Part shown: positions 62,315-64,000 of the stretch, one piece after another | Numbering within the stretch: position 1 is the stretch's first letter | Layout: each line of letters starts with the position of its first letter | Source of the DNA: Stegostoma tigrinum | Lineage: Eukaryota | Direction: 5' to 3' | Length of the DNA stretch: 64,000 nucleotides | Assembly: GCF_030684315.1 (NCBI RefSeq) | Contig: NC_081377.1 | Span: forward strand, 1,922,001 to 1,986,000 | Program-made: the position numbers and the translations under genes | The notes under the pieces: generated by a model | Seen by the model: only the letters and a program-made list of their open reading frames with translations | What the model was told of the DNA's origin: nothing | Database searches by the model: none

Positions 62315-63515
62315 TCCTTCCAGTGAACCTCTCCCAGTACACTTCCTTTCTGTGCACCTTTGCCCAGAGCGTTTCCTCCCAGTTCACTTCCTCCAAGTAT
62401 GCCACCTCCCTGTGAAACTTCCTTCAGTGAACCATTCCCAGTTCACCTTGTCCCAACGAATTACTCCCAGCGTACCTCCTCCCAGTGAACTACTCCCAGT
62501 GTACCTCCTCACAGTGAACTACTCCCAGCGTACCTGCTCACAGTGAACAATTCCCAGCGTACCTCCTCCCAGTGAACTACTCCCAGCGTACCTCCTCCCA
62601 GTGAACTACTCCCAATGTACCTTATCCCAGTGAACTACTCCCAGTGTACCTTGGCCCAGTGAACTACTCCCAGCGTACCTGCTCACAGTGAACTACTCCC
62701 AGTGTACCTTATCCCAGTGAACTACTCCCAGCGTACCTCCTCACAGTGAACTACTCCCAGTGTACCTTGTCCCAGTGAACTATTCCCAGCGTACCTCCTC
62801 CCAGTGAACTACTCCCAGTGTACCTCCTCCCAGTGAACTACTCCCAGTGTACCTTATCCCAGTGAACTACTCCCAGCGTACCTTATCCCAGTGAACTACT
62901 CCCAGTGTACCTTGGCCCAGTGAACTATTCCCAGCGTACCTCCTCCCAGTGAACTACTCCCAGCGTACCTGCTCACAGTGAACTACTCCCAGTGTACCTT
63001 ATCCCAGTGAACTACTCCCAGCGTACCTCCTCACAGTGAACTACTCCCGGTGTACCTTGTCCCAGTGAACTACTCCCAGTGTACCTTGTCCCAGTGAACT
63101 ACTCCCAGTGTACCTTGTCTCAGTGAACTATTCCCAGCGTACCTCCTCCCAGTGAACTACTCCCAGTGTACCTTCTCCCAGTGAACTACTCCCAGCGTAC
63201 CTTCTCCCAGTGAACTACTCCCAGCGTACCTTATCCCAGTGAACTACTCCCAGTGTACCTTGTCTCAGTGAACTATTCCCAGCGTACCTCCTCCCAGTGA
63301 ACTACTCCCAGTGTACCTTCTCCCAGTGAACTACTCCCAGCGTACCTTCTGCCAGTGAACTACTCCCAGCGTACCTCCTCACAGTGAACTACTCCCAGTG
63401 TACCTTGTCCCAGTGAACTACTCCCAGTGTACATCCTCCCAGTGAACCAGTTCCCAGAGAACCAACCCCAATACACCCTCCAGTGCACCTCCTTCCCACT
63501 GCACCATTCCCAGTG
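62315..63515 (+). repeat. 29-bp minisatellite (cccagtgaactactcccagYgtacctYNt), homogeneous core ~62466-63443
   Basis: About 33 tandem units built from two related 14/15-bp halves; degenerate edges. Confidence 0.95.
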
Positions 63516-63881
63516 AAAATTATATCATGAAAATTACAATTGTTTGTGTTGCAGTTTTAAGGCAGTCCTGGATAAGATATGAATGTGGAATTTTTTTTAA
63601 AAACAGAAGCATAAAATATTTGGGCAGGTCACATGTACAGCTGTTCCTGTCATCAGTGTCTGTGCATACTCACTTGTAAACTATGAATCTTCAGGTGACA
63701 AACCAACTAGCCATCGGTCTGGGCTCACTGCAACGCGAGTGCCTCCACTAAAATGTGGCTGTGGTCCCTATCAGCTTGCACCCTCAGAAGGAATGAGCTA
63801 ACCTGACAGATTGCCTTTGTGCAGTCCTAAAACATATGAAGAAAATTGATCCTGTTCCTTTCTCTATATCTTGTTTCTCAG

Positions 63882-64000
63882 TAAATGTGAGAAGAAGACT
63901 CCAGCAGAGTGTTGCCACCTCTCTGGGGCTGTCATGAAATGTCCAGGAATTAGCAACCGGTCATCTGGACACTACAGTGATCAGCAGAGAGACAGAAATT
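63882..64000 (+). CDS. Candidate exon of an unidentified gene, running off the window edge
   Basis: Strong polypyrimidine acceptor cctgttcctttctctatatcttgtttctcag; one frame open to the end (KCEKKTPAECCHLSGAVMKCPGISNRSSGHYSDQQRDRN) with an in-frame ATG at 63934. Confidence 0.3.

Noticed and set aside
62315-63515. CRISPR-like regular array
   Set aside because: No unique spacers, no cas genes, eukaryotic context; it is a minisatellite

Overview
Repeat-dense eukaryotic genomic DNA, most likely from an elasmobranch (shark). This is inferred from HE1/V-SINE copies, Deu-domain SINEs and the CR1 and Penelope repertoire. No intact host protein-coding gene could be recognised. The window is a nested mosaic of CR1-group and L2 LINE fragments, three tRNA-derived SINE families and many Penelope-like element (PLE) insertions of Neptune and Poseidon type. 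It also holds a CpG-island promoter (~29.8-30.35 kb), further promoter-like blocks (~22.7-23.6 kb) with candidate minus-strand 5' exons of an unidentified gene, two minisatellites and a candidate plus-strand exon at the right edge. The most striking signal is about 15 PLE-derived insertions from at least three families. They carry, or break at, minimal hammerhead ribozymes (CUGAnGA-N-stem II-GAAAC-GUH), are mostly fold-back (hairpin) shaped with a recurrent ~35-45 nt arm asymmetry, and are often flanked by 11-16 bp target-site duplications (TSDs). A second signal is three young local templated duplications of 172-330 bp, two inverted and touching PLE insertions. Old LINE boundaries are approximate (about +/-50 bp).
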